DNA of 63,151 nucleotides, the filler included, from Vannella sp. (taxonomy: Eukaryota), in the NCBI GenBank assembly GCA_023345925.1. It is 6 parts of 6 records of this genome, joined end to end, with 100 filler letters (N's around TTAATTAATTAA, not from the genome) between each part and the next. Parts side by side here need not be neighbours in the genome. Positions count along the whole stretch, not along the records: positions 9,176 to 17,191 come from JAJQQN010000668.1; positions 17,292 to 30,209 come from JAJQQN010000424.1; 4 more parts are not named here. One strand, 5' to 3'. The position numbers and the translations under genes are program-made. Below are positions 9,382-21,428 of the stretch, one piece after another. The notes below the pieces were generated by a model. The model saw nothing but the letters and a program-made list of their open reading frames with translations, did no database searches and was not told where the DNA came from. Numbering within the stretch: the first letter of the stretch is position 1; every line of letters starts with the position of its first letter.

Positions 9382-12300
9382 ATGGCTGGGAGGTCTTTCC
9401 AGGTTGAGCTTTCCTCTCTTTCTGTGCGGAATCTTCCTCAGAGAGACCTGTATGTGGTTCCTTACTTCATCCCATGACTGACGTGTGTTTAGATTCACGA
9501 AATGCGACTCGTACTTGGTCCTCTCTTGGCCAGGAATGGAGCCCATTCGGACTTCTGTCATCCCCAAAAGTAGTGCCCTTTGCTCACTGGAACCCTCGCT
9601 TATGCAAGAACAGACTATGACCCAGTGTGGAAAGAGTTTACCCACGCCTTCGAGTACGAGATGGGAGAGGATTTCTCCTCCATAGAGACCATCCGCAAGT
9701 TCCTGTCCTCCCAGTGCTTTGTGGTGGAGTGTTTCGCTCGTCACTCTTTACGAAAAGATACTCTCATTGGTACTGTATCTATCAACCTCCTGCTCTGCCT
9801 TGGTGGGCCAGTGGAACACAGAATGACCCTCTTTTCTGTCAGTGTCTCCTTCCCGCCACCTCTCGCTCACAGCTCCTCACGATGCTTCAGGATCGAACGC
9901 ATGGCGTTTGTACGTTGACTATGAAGATAGCAGCTCACTGCTTCAGCCAGGCTTCGATCGCCCTTCGCGACGTCTCTTGTCATCTGGACACGTCAGAACC
10001 TCCGCGAAACTACTTCCTGAGATCCCTGTTGACATCAGATCCATCTTTGCTGTAAGCGAGTGTCAAGGCGTGCTCTCAATCACTCATTTCGATCCATCTA
10101 GGAAGGACACGACCGTCTGCTACCACACCCGCTCGCCCTACTGGGAGATTGTTGGTCCATTTAGCATGAGAGGGGAGCTCTCTATGGTTATGAGCAGCTC
10201 AGTGACTTTGAATCTCCTTGCTCACGAAGGAGAGGTCACGAATGTGCTGGCCACTGCAGATATCTCTTTGGGAAAGTACAATACGGCCTCCCAAGAGTTT
10301 ATATTCTTTCGAGAACCTATCAAATCCAACGATGGAGCTGATCAGAGTAAGATTTGACCTCTTTTTGAGGAAATCGGCTGAAGACAGGTTTAGAAGTGAT
10401 TGGAAGGGTCGAAGGCTATTTAAGCTTCTCTGATCTTCCTACGCCTTGTCAAATGTGGGGAGGATATCATGCAGACAACAAGATCTACGGAGCAGCTCCT
10501 CTGACCACTGGACTATTCACTTTCCCTGATATCAAGTGAGTTGGCCCTCCAGCCTGACCAAGTCCCTGACTAGATGTAGTGTCGATATGCTTCCTCCAGT
10601 ATATGATATGTATCATGTGGTTCAAGAGGCAGCACAAACCAATGGTGTCAGCGAGGAGTGTCTGGATCAATTAAGGCATATCATTGAAAGGATTAACTGT
10701 GACGAAGACGTCTCCGCTAGCCTTGGCCTTCTCATTCAAAGATTCAAAGGTACGAGTGGCTATCAACAAACGAAACGGTTTACTAACCCATCGTAGAAGC
10801 TCCAAAGGAACTGCAAGAGGCATTCTACCAAGTAGGAGGCGTTTCTGTGATGATCTCTCTCTTGCAGAGCACTTTAGAAATGCTCCCTCCTCTTAGTTTA
10901 GCAGCTACACCGGGAAGTCCGGATACTATCTTGCCATCTCTGGCAGAACTCCTCTTCCTTGCACTTTCAGATTGCCAAAAGAACCAGGCTTTCTTCTGCA
11001 GGATGGGCCGGTTTGATCTTATTGGTGACTTTCTGGCTCGAACAAAAGACAAATCCATTTGTTGGCATCTCCTCCAAGTTGTTTACCTCGTTGCCAAGAG
11101 AAGTGAGTGTCGACTGAACTCTTAATGCGTCCTGACATTCATTTTTCCCAGATGCACAAGGTCAAGAGATTGTTATCGAAACGGGAGGCATTCCAATTGT
11201 GGCAACACTTCTTATTCACGAGCGTGACAGCTCCATTGTTGTACTTTGCAGTCGAATCCTTGCTGCAATTGCATTTACTCTCAATGGAATGCCCGATTCA
11301 GGGCTGAGTATGACTATTCATAGCACAGGAGCACTTCAAGCTCTATTATCCGACCTTGGGAGGTCCGAATTCCCTATCCAAGACCAATTGGAGGTTCTTC
11401 AGCTTGTCTTGGCCATCTGTTCTGGTGACCTTCTCCTTCAAGAGAGTCTACTTGATCCCTTCTTTGCCGTATTTGTCCGCCAGCCTATTGTGGATGAGGC
11501 CATTTGGTTGGCTATCTCTGCACAGATCACAGGCTGGATCTTTGCCCAGCCCAACCTCCAAGTCTCCTCCAGCCACATCCGAACTTTATTGGAAGCCACG
11601 CAACTCGAAAAGCTCCCCGTTTCTTCCAAGAAAGCCACAAAAGAGCTCCTCGAGGTACTGCTCGAAAACGATCGCGTATCAGATGCTAATGAGACTCTCA
11701 TTTGCATGGAAGCCATGTCTGATAAGGATCTTGCTTTTCATCTGATACAGAAAGCTGCAAAAGGCTTTCCTCTTCCAATCTGGAAAGCCCTTTTGGCTGC
11801 CAACCAGAGAGCGCTAGTCTCGTATTACTCCTCTGTTGATGATGTTTCGGTCCGGAGCCAGATCATTCAGATTCTAGAGCGTTTGGGCTGTGGGAATTCA
11901 GGTGCTTTGGCTAACTTGTTGGCTGCTCTCCGGCACTGGCTCTCTTCGGAACAGGAACCAGAACTGCTTTTTGCTCTTTGCAGAACCTTAACCTCAGTCC
12001 TTCAAGGCACCAATGGGAACCTTTACTCTGTTGGCCCAGACTTGATTGCATGTGCAAACGAAGTGACTTTGCTTGCTTTGGATACTCAGCGAGTGCCTGG
12101 GGATATAGTGGAAGAAGATGTGGCTCTATGCCTTCTGCTAATGATTGAGAAGAACAAGGCGTCCGTTTTCCCTTCTATATTAGCCTCATTGGAAAAGGCC
12201 CTTCAATCTCCGCTCCAAAAAACCCGAGCCCAGCATCTGTTCTTCCTCTTAGTGGACCAGAAAAAGGACTCTGTTGAGCTTTCTCAGCTCTTGATGAATA

Positions 12301-14739
12301 CCTTACGCCGCATTCTTGATCCAACCCAACAAGAACAAGTGACTGATAGCTTTCTCCTCTCCCTCAGGACGGCAGGGATTCACCTCCCTACCCGCAAACA
12401 AGTCTGCCAGCTCCTCTTCACACATCTCGAGGAAAGTCCTGCTGAGATCATTCTTGAGAAGGTTGGGCTCATTCTGAGCAGCTTATGTGATGCTTTAGAG
12501 GACCCTAGTCACAATTTGGGTATTTCTCCGATATTCCTCACTCAATTACTCGAAAGGTGCCTCTCCGAAGACGATTCGAATCTCCCTTTCTCATGTAAAA
12601 CGCTTCTGGCGAAAGGTCTCCAAGCAAAAGACTTCCGTACATTCGCTGTGGCTTTCTTTTCCCAAAGATGGGCAGAGTTGCCCCGAAACGGCCGTAAACG
12701 CATCCTAGTAGCTATCAAAGAGATTGTCAGCTTCACCAGGAATGCTCCTGGGATCGAAGGCGAGCTTTCTCAACCTCTTTGTGGGTTTATTGTTCATGTC
12801 ATGGCACTTTGGAGGCAACAACTCGCTTCTGAAGATATTGAAGAAGTGAAGATGATCTTGGCCTCCTTCATGTTGCTCCCGTCTGCTTGGAATCAAACCC
12901 TCGAGCCAGCTTGGCAGTTGGTCGTATCAATGTCAGACCAAGAGCTTCTTGAGTCCCTGATTGCAGAGTTATCTTCTTTTTTGGACAGCGCACGCCTTCA
13001 TCAAGAGTTCTTGGAGCTCTCCGGGCTTGCCAATTTGCTTCAAATGATGAAAGCAGCGGAAATATCCGAAAGAACCTTCTCCCAATGCGCCCAAGCCCTT
13101 CAAAGTTGGCTTGAGCAATCACTAGGGCTTTTCAAAGGAATCAAGCTTTACCAGTCATCAATGGATGAGATAGTTCAGCTTATGCAGAGTACATCAGACT
13201 CTCTAACGGATATTCAATCCACTTTTCTGGCCGAAAGAGCAAAGTTCTTACTCCTTTGGATTACGCGAATGCGTTCTCATCCACAAATGTTGTTTATCTC
13301 TCATGCACCGCTTGTTCTTGCCATTTCACCGTTACTGTCTAATCCGAGTCACTTTTTCAGCGCTCTACAGAAGCCAGCCATTGAAGCGTTAAACCATCTC
13401 CTTCGCCACCGCCCTCGCCTTCTCTCTGAGCTCCCTCAAGCGCTCTTTGACATCCCTACGGTAAGGAAATATGCTTGATTGCAGGCCTTCCTAACATATC
13501 AAGTAGATTGTTAAGCAACTCAGAGGCGGCGGTGAGATGTTCCCGGCCTTATGTAGTTTGGTGCAATGCTTGTTGGAAGATGAAAGCCTCCAAAGTAGCT
13601 TTAACAATGCGAGAGGCTTCACCGCTATCGGGGCTGTTGTTGAAGAGCAATCCCACCAACTCCACAACTCCGATCTTGCTCAAGAATCGGTCAAAGCAGG
13701 GACTGACATTTTCGCATTCGCAGCGAACGTAGACACGCTTCGAGTGGAAGTATTGGGAGAAGGGATTATCCCTATTGTACTGAGTCTGTTGAATGTGACC
13801 CGAATCGAGTCTATCATTACCAACGCGCTGCGGTTTATCTCACTGATGAGTATCGAGCCGTTTGCACAGTCTGAGCTTATCGATTCGAGGGATATTGATT
13901 CTCTTCATTCTCTCATGGAACAAGGAGAAGCCTATCCTCAGATGAGCAAAGCCGCAAGCAAATGCTATTCACAGCTGGGCGGAATGTAAGTCCCTCTCAT
14001 GCTGTCTTCCCCTCTAACGCATCTATTTAGAACTCAAAGGTGTCGGGTGTGGAGCTCTGGCGGGGAACCAGAACATCAAGAGTACTTTATCTGCAGAACC
14101 TGTGGACTAGTAGATGGTATTTGCTCTTCGTGTGCAGAAGTTTGCCATCGCGGACACGCCCTCAGCACCAAAAAATCAGGAACAATTATCTGTGCATGTG
14201 GAACTTCTCCTCACTGTCTCATCACCTCCCGCCCCACTCTCCGGGTTCGGATGCCCTTGCGACTTTGTAGCTTTGCTTTCACTGGTCCTAACTTCACAGA
14301 GCAAGTTTGGTTCTTCTGCCGAACGTGCTTCCGAAACGAGCAGAAAGGCATTTGCACCTCTTGTGCACATGTGTGCCACGAGGGTCACAACATCCAGTTC
14401 GGCAGTGAAAGCCGCTTTTACTGTGATTGTTCTGACCGTTATGGGATGCCTTGCAAGTGCGCTTCCCATTTGGTCGTGGCACCTGATTCCCAGCCACGCT
14501 ATCGTTGCTTGCAAGTAGAGGGCCCAAAGGAATCTGGGGAGGAAGAAGAAGAGGAGGAAGAGGACGACGGGGAAAACGCTTGCATCGTTTGTATGGACCG
14601 CGGGAAGAACGCAATGTTCTATCGGTGTGGGCACATTGCTGCGTGCATGGACTGCGCGTGTATGCTGAAGCAACGCAACGATCCCTGTCTCATTTGTCGA
14701 GAGCCTATCGAAGCAGTCGTTCGAACCTTTTACGCCTAA
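9382..14739 (+). CDS. Multi-exon putative E3 ligase: C2 domain(s) - ARM/HEAT solenoid - two UBR-box zinc fingers - C-terminal RING
   Basis: C2-like N-term (CDSYLVLSW, YDPVW, DTLIGTVSINL); Leu-rich helical middle; two CRTC..ICxxCAxVCHxGH..CxC UBR boxes; RING CIVC..CGHIAACMDC..CLICR; ORF pieces linked by ~10 GT-AG introns. Confidence 0.75.
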
Positions 14740-14960
14740 AACACCTTTCATGGTCAGAAAGCCAACTCGCGAGGAGATCTCCTTTCAGTGAATCGAGTCG
14801 CCTCACACATGAAACAGAATGGGATTGATTCATGCTGTATTTGGAGCGGTCCGTGAGGTCATGTCTCGGCTAGGGTGGGATAAGTTCACCACCGCCTTGA
14901 CATCAAGGTAGGTTCCACTGGGGAGATTGGGGCACTCTTAGAAGCCCTCATCCTGTGTGT

Positions 14961-15119
14961 AGGTTCCGCATCCTGAAAGATGGCCAACACTTAAAGTGAG
15001 GTCTTCGTTTTGTTGGCCCTGGTAATGAGCTTCTGCATGAACCCTGTTGTTGCATCAAGAACTACAAATTTTTTGGCAGTATGGGCCGAACTGGTGTGGA
15101 AGAATCCAGAAGGATGCCT
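14961..15119 (-). pseudogene. Degenerate partial copy of the gene at 16366-17115
   Basis: Clear nucleotide similarity to ~16610-16830 (e.g. GAGCTTCTGCAT, TGTTGTTGCATCAAGAACTAC, AGAATCCAGAAGG); translates PSGFF..VVLDATT..MQKL.TRANKTK then stop/indels. Confidence 0.8.
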
Positions 15120-15376
15120 TCCTTTATGACAACACCTGGGTGTCCTGATGTCTTCTCAGGTTGGCAGGTTACACAGCACGGAGAAAGGTCCAAGTCGCTG
15201 CAACAAGGCAAACGTCAATTTCACGCAAAAGTGTACTCAGTTTCCTGCAGTCTTTCTTTTTTGGCCAGGGATGGATGAAGGTTCGAACAGGTGAGCCTCG
15301 TGTTTGTTCCTTTTGTTCTGCATCTCATCTCATCTCAGCAGGAACGTGTTACGACTTGGACCGTAGGGGAGACGCC

Positions 15377-16112
15377 ATGAACCAGGAGTACGTCTTGAAG
15401 CACTCACTCGAGGACGATCTGGTGGATACATCTCGGGTGTTACAGCAATGAAAGAGCGTGTACGCCGGTTACAGACGGAGAACGCAGATCTCCAACGTCG
15501 CTTCTTGGTCTGCAACCACCCACCTCCCGTTGATAGAAAGGCACAACTTCTTGGTGCGAGAGAACTGTCGATTGTGTAAAAAGATAACGAGACTGGAGGG
15601 CAAGGTCAGCACTCTCAAGCAGAAAGTGGCTGCACTTACTGTCGATCATGCTGAACTAGCTGTCGATCATGCTGCACTAAAGAAGATAGTGACTGACCTC
15701 AAGAAGGATCTAGACCGATTTCGAGCAATTCGCAAAGTTGCGGCTATGATGAGAATGTTCTCTGGTATCTTCTTATGCTCACCGCATGGCTCATTTACCG
15801 AACAATACTCCGAGAAATGGAACGAGATTCAAGATGGAGAAATCCCTCCGAAGTTCGAACAGGAGGTGAAGCTTCTTTTGGAGAACTTAACCTCGCTTGA
15901 TGAATCTTGGTCTTCCGATATAACACTGCTTATGTCGATGGGAGCGCAATCATGCAAACCATGACGTTCAAATCCGCTTCCCAAAATCTTCACAGAAGTT
16001 TGTCGAGACCTTAAAGGTTGATGAACTTTGCCTTGAACCCAAGGAACGAGAGGCTGTGTCCCGAGCGCTGCAAAAACTCAAAGAACTCCCCGGTTTCGAA
16101 CGGCTTAACTAA
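15377..16112 (+). CDS. Coiled-coil protein with possible HEPN-like RNxxxH C-terminus, apparently frameshifted near 15930
   Basis: Heptad-rich ORF 15458-15964 with a 21-nt duplicated heptad; +1 frame continues CRWERNHANHD...ERLN to TAA 16112; exon structure uncertain. Confidence 0.35.
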
Positions 16113-16336
16113 AGAACCATCATTCTGAGCAACGAGAGTTTTGGCCAGTCCCTAACGATGGAAAGGGCAGTGAGGGAGACTGTCTCAGTGACCTTCTGCC
16201 CAGACACCTTTCAGCAAGCATCTAACATACCTAAATCACTTTGCAGGATTCTCTACCTCTCTCACAGCACTGCATTAGACACCTTCAGGTTTGGGAATGG
16301 ACTGGTGCGACCGATCCCTCTTGGCGCGTCGAGAAT

Positions 16337-16359
16337 AGGGTTTAGGGTTTAGTGGGTGG
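16337..16359. repeat. Internal telomere-like motif AGGGTTTAGGGTTTAGTGGGTGG
   Basis: Near-identical to 1018-1040. Confidence 0.8.
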
Positions 16360-16365
16360 TTGGGA

Positions 16366-17115
16366 TCAGTTCATCACTGGCCTTGTTGAGTTGTCAGCAT
16401 CAAAGTAGGTACTAATGAGGAGGTCAGAGCACTCAAAGAAGCCCTCATGCAAGTCAAAACTGCGAAGGTCCGTGGATGCTTGGTTTTGACTGAACTCTGC
16501 CGTGATGCTCTCTTCTTGAAGCGGAGAAGAGTCGAGAGGGACCTTCAATTTTTCGACGCCCTTTTCACAGTAGAGGAACGTGAAGGAAGAGCTGGGCTGG
16601 ATGACACGGAGGTTCCACATCTTGTAAGAAGGCCGACCCACCGACGCAAGTGCGTTCTTGGTTTTGTTGGCTCGAGTATTGAGCTTCTGCATAACAACTG
16701 TTGTTGTTGCATCAAGAACTACGGCTATTCTGGCGTTGCATTGGCGCCATATCCAATGCTCCTCCTTTGGCAACTCATCAGCACTGAACGGGTCGTAGGA
16801 GGAGTTGTAGAATCCAGAAGGGATGCCATCACGGGGTATTGGCTTGCTATCGAGAATGTCTAAGTGTTTGGGCCAGTGATCGAGCAAGAACTGGAGAGCC
16901 CGCTTCTTTTCAGGTGACAACTCAGAGACCTCTTTGGGCGTTACCTTCTTCAGACGAAGGTCGAGGACGATTGATGTTGAACAGATGGCGGAAGAGATGG
17001 TAGGCACTGAATGACTAAACAACCTTTCGATTCTTTTGTCGTCCCTTTTCGTAAATCCTCGTGTAATGACCGTTCCCAGTGAAGAACAGTTGGTGAACCA
17101 AAGACCTGTAAAAGG
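16366..17115 (-). CDS. Uncharacterised protein, member 1 of an unrecognised WxWxQ/PxYKxW/CEKG domain family (5' end unresolved)
   Basis: Frame open from 17115 with no ATG before the conserved domain; TTTTACAG acceptor near 17107 suggests a missing upstream exon; aligns with 56631-57221. Confidence 0.65.
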   Translation of the reverse strand, partial: PFTGLWFTNCSSLGTVITRGFTKRDDKRIERLFSHSVPTISSAICSTSIVLDLRLKKVTPKEVSELSPEKKRALQFLLDHWPKHLDILDSKPIPRDGIPSGFYNSSYDPFSADELPKEEHWIWRQCNARIAVVLDATTTVVMQKLNTRANKTKNALASVGRPSYKMWNLRVIQPSSSFTFLYCEKGVEKLKVPLDSSPLQEESITAEFSQNQASTDLRSFDLHEGFFECSDLLISTYFDADNSTRPVMN

Positions 17116-17153
17116 CTATTTTACAACGCGGTGTTTTGAAGGCACGTCTGGAA

Positions 17154-17191
17154 TTAGGGTTAGGGTTTAGGGCTAGGGCTCGGGTTTAGGG
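17154..17191 (+). repeat. Degenerate telomere-type repeat at contig end
   Basis: TTAGGG TTAGGG TTTAGGG CTAGGG CTCGGG TTTAGGG running into the gap, G-rich strand pointing outward. Confidence 0.7.
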
Positions 17192-17291
17192 NNNNNNNNN
17201 NNNNNNNNNNNNNNNNNNNNNNNNNNNNNNNNNNNTTAATTAATTAANNNNNNNNNNNNNNNNNNNNNNNNNNNNNNNNNNNNNNNNNNNN
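17192..17291. other. Artificial contig spacer
   Basis: N-run with TTAATTAATTAA. Confidence 0.98.
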
Positions 17292-17460
17292 AGATAACCA
17301 AATCGATCCCCTCAGGGAAGCAGTAGCTCTCATCCAGGAACACCATCTTCTCTGTAAGTTGCCCTTCGAGAGTCGTCAAGGCCACGAGCTGGTTATTTAA
17401 TGAAAGATCAAGGAAAGTCCAAGGCCCTTCACTGAAATCATTCTTTTTTGGCGCTTCCTG

Positions 17461-20400
17461 ATGGGCAACAAGCAAAGCGGACCTTCGAGGAGCCTGCCCA
17501 ACTCTTCGGGGGTTGTACGGAGATGTGAGGGTGGTAAAGGTGGGATGAGACGTTTCTTAACCCTTTTGCAGGCTCAAGCGAGGAGCTCGGGCGCTTCAGG
17601 AAGGGTTGGGAGATGTATCATACGCGGACGCTGAGGGGCTTGCAGCATATGGATAAGATGGTCTTTACCCACAAAGTGCTGGGTCGCCAGGTCCCCACTC
17701 TGATTGCCTCCCAGATCTTTGGTGCTTCGGATCCGAGCGATACGGGTTTCCTCTCGTATCAGACGTTCCTGGGCCTCATGGCTCTCCTTGCACATGGTAC
17801 TACGGAGGAGAAGCTTCGATTGGTGTACAAGATATACGATGCAGACCGCTCTGGCAAGATCTCACGGGAGGGAATGACTTCCATACTTTTGGAGGATTAT
17901 CACCGCGAAGGAGACCCATCGCTTCGCGCAAAGGAGATAGAAGATCTTGTAGTCGAGTGTTTCATCTCAAATAATGCTAAGGACGCGCAAGTGCTACCAC
18001 CTGGCTCATTATCCAAGTGGGCGGCGGACCACCAAGACCTTACTGCCTTGTTACGTTGGGCCTTCAGCGATGCCAGCTTCTCACCAGATTTGGTATCAAA
18101 AGGAGAATCAAACATTCCTGCAAACGATAAGGCTGTTTCGCTGGAGACCTTTCAAGGGCTAAGTGAAGCCAAGTTTCTCCTCAGTAGCTTTCGTTCAGCG
18201 GCCATTCGTTCCACCAGAGATATCAATACGTTCACTAACCTATCAAAAGGAGAAGTCACTCACTTGAACAAGCTCTACTTGGATATCAAGAACGCTCGAG
18301 GGAGGATGGATAAGAGTGCTCTTGGTACACTCTTTGTCCCTGTCTTGCCTCCACCACTTCTGGACTTGATATTTCAGTTCTTTGACGATGACATGGACGG
18401 CTTCTTAGATGTTCGCGAGTTTGTGGTGGGTTTAGCGTATTTGTGCCGTTTGGGGTCTGAGCGAAAGTCAGCTCAATGTAAGATTATGGGTGGCAGAGAT
18501 GACCGAAAGAACTAATCATATGGCAGTTTGGTTCTACTTGTGGGATCTGGACCAGGATAGCTTTCTATCAAGGTCAGAAGTGGAAATAATGGTGGACATG
18601 TTATTGGCTTTCGAAGCTTCTCGTTCTGAAGGAAACCCTCCGATCAGGCCTTCCGTCGAAGAACTCACTTCCCAGATGTTCGAAGGATTTCAGATGGAGG
18701 ACAACGGACAGCTCTGCTTTAATCAATTTGTTGATTGGTTCTCGCAAGACACTTTGGCCCTTCAATTGGTTGGTTTCTTTCACGGAGTGGTTCAAGGGAA
18801 TCTGAATTTAAAACCTCCATCACCACTACTAGAGCGAGAAGAAATCAAGGAGCTCATGAGAATGGCTCAACCAACCTCGGTCGGGCAGAGGTATTTTGTG
18901 ATTTCTTCTCGCTGGTGGCGACAATGGAAGAAAAACTGTGCGTTTGACTCTGAAGATGAAGTGGCAATTCAGACAAAGCCAATACCAATCGGCCCGATCA
19001 ATAACGCGGTTATTTATCAGCCTCAACAGTTCAACATCAGGCCCAAACTCAAGGAGGGTACTGACGTGGAATTCGTGCCGGAGAGCGTTTGGGAAAAGCT
19101 GATTTGTTGGTACGGTGGAGGCCCGACCATTGAAAGACTTGTGGTAGAAGGAGAAAATGGTCTTTGCGTTGATCTCTATCCTTTCCGACTGACACTCCTC
19201 CTTCGGAGCAGCCCCACTTCTGGTCTTCCTTCAAAAAGGATCGTTTTTACTGCAAGCAAGGCCTCAAACTATAAGCTATCTAATCTCAAAGATAACGGGT
19301 GCTTACAAATGGGCCTTCCCAATTCTGATCGCGTCCGGCTTTGGAGCGCACGAAAAGGCCAAAAGCCGAAACTCTTGGATGACCTTTCTGAGGCTGTTAG
19401 TAAATCCGGACTGATCCAAGGACAGGAGGTTCTATTTGAACTGCAAACAGATGAAGGAGTTTGGCCTGTTTCTGGTGGTGTCTCTGCTAATGGTATCAAA
19501 TCAGGCCCGGGCTTAACAGGTTTATACAATTTGGGGAATACCTGTTTCATGAACTCTGCTATTCAATGCCTTTCCAACACAGAACCACTCGTCCGGTACT
19601 TTTTGAAGAACTCATATCTACGAGAACTTAACGTTTCAAATCCTATTGGAATGCAAGGTAACTTGGCTAAAGCCTTTGCAGCAGTCATAAGTAACATGTG
19701 GTCACCTGACTCCAATGGGCATGTCTATTCATTGTATAATCCTCGGAACTTTCTTTTTACAGTAAGGCGATACGACCCGCTACTGGGTAACGGGCAGCAG
19801 CATGACTCCCAAGAACTTCTCACATTCCTCATTAATGGCCTACACGAGGATCTGAATCGCGTGAAGGACAAAAAGTATGAGGAAAATCCTGAAGGCGATA
19901 TGCCTGATGATGTCAAGGCGCAGCTCTTTTGGGATGCCTACCTGAGAAGGAACCAATCCATTATTGTCGATCTATTCCAAGGACAATTTCGCTCTGCTTT
20001 AAAGTGTCGAGAATGCGGCTTTTCTTCGGTTACTTTTGAACCGTTCTCATTCCTGCAGCTGCCTTTACCTTCAGCTCAAAACAGGATCTTTCAAATAATT
20101 TATCATCCTTTAGATAATGCAGAACCGCTTAAGTATGCAGTGACAGTGCCCTCTGCTGGGCGTGGCAACTTAGTTTCTGAGCAACTTGTAGGATTGATTG
20201 GTGTCCCTGCTAGGGAGCTGATTCTTGCAGAGATGGCTCAACAACACTTCAAAAAGCGAATCACTTCTTCTACGGCCTTAAACTTGATTGGAGGGGACCT
20301 CCTCCACGCCTATCAAACCCCTCCAAGGAGAAATGGTGAACGGAGACATGCTCATGTCAGCTTGCTTATGCGTTACTTGCAAAACCAACCAATCTACTTT

Positions 20401-21402
20401 CTGACATCCTGGCGCCCGGTGCTCTTCGGAGAACCAACGATTATCACTATTGATGGCAGCATCGACTCTTTACAAGCGCTTGAGAACTTAATAATCGAGA
20501 GATTAGGAAGTTCCTTGCGTCTTGAAAAAGATATCCCTTTCACCATCATAGTAACAGACCAAACTGGACAGGCTTGTAGCCGATGCAGTTGGGATAAGTT
20601 CTGTCCGGGTTGTCCGATTACTGACGAGATTCTTACTTCTCTCCGTTCCACTGAGAGCATTACTCTTAATTTTGATGTACAATCACTTTCTTGTTATATA
20701 GAGAGAACTCAAGAAGTGACAGCCCATGAAAGCGTGGAGAAAGAGGAGCAAAAGAAAGAAGCGCCTCTCACTATCGAAGAATGCCTCGAACTCTTTGTTG
20801 AAGAAGAGAATCTGGACGATAATGAGTCCTGGTACTGCCCTCAATGCAAGGAATTTCGCCCTGCCACCAAAAAGTTAGATATCTGGAAGCTTCCTCGCAT
20901 TTTGATTATTCAGTTGAAGCGATTCCATTTCCGTGGCCGATTCAGCAAAATCACAAAGCTTGTGGACATTCCTCTTTGTGACTTGGATCTCTCTCGCTTT
21001 GTGCTGTGTGCTGATGATCTACCACCAAACTATAACCTGTTTGCTACTTTGGTATGTCCTTGAACGATATTCGGCTCAAGGCCTCAATGCAGTGTGCACT
21101 AACACCTTTCCTAGAATCATTTTGGGAGTCTCACTGGAGGGCACTATACTGCTTATGCAAAGCATTATAAGGAGCAGCAATGGTACAGTTTTAATGACAG
21201 TCGCGTGGAAGAGTTTGATGAAAAACGAGTCGTAAATCCAGCTAACTACGTACTCTTCTTTGGACCTCAAGATTTGACTTCTATTGGAGTACCAGAACCT
21301 GATGGTCCCGAAATCCAACCTCGGCGACACCGTATTCCCCATAATTTGTATCCACAACAAATTCAGGCCCGTCTGGGACCAAACGGCTGTTTAGTAATGT
21401 AA
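17461..21402 (+). CDS. USP32: USP32-like deubiquitinase (myristoyl site, EF-hands, DUSP, UBL, USP, CaaX)
   Basis: MGNKQS N-term; EF-hands (DADRSGKISRE, DDDMDGFLDVRE, DLDQDSFLSRSE); DUSP (YFVISSRWW..IGPINN..WYGGGP); Cys box GLYNLGNTCFMNS; spliced His box NHFGSLTGGHYTAY..FNDS; ends CLVM. Confidence 0.85.
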
Positions 21403-21428
21403 TTGGAATACTTTTCTTTGGACTCTGC

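Noticed and set aside
17108..17116. GCCTTTTAC (U5 snRNA loop 1) on the minus strand
   Set aside because: Flanks do not form the U5 stem and there is no Sm site; better explained as a splice acceptor region
17461..21402. EF-hand + USP + CaaX combination as a novel fusion
   Set aside because: Matches the known USP32 architecture
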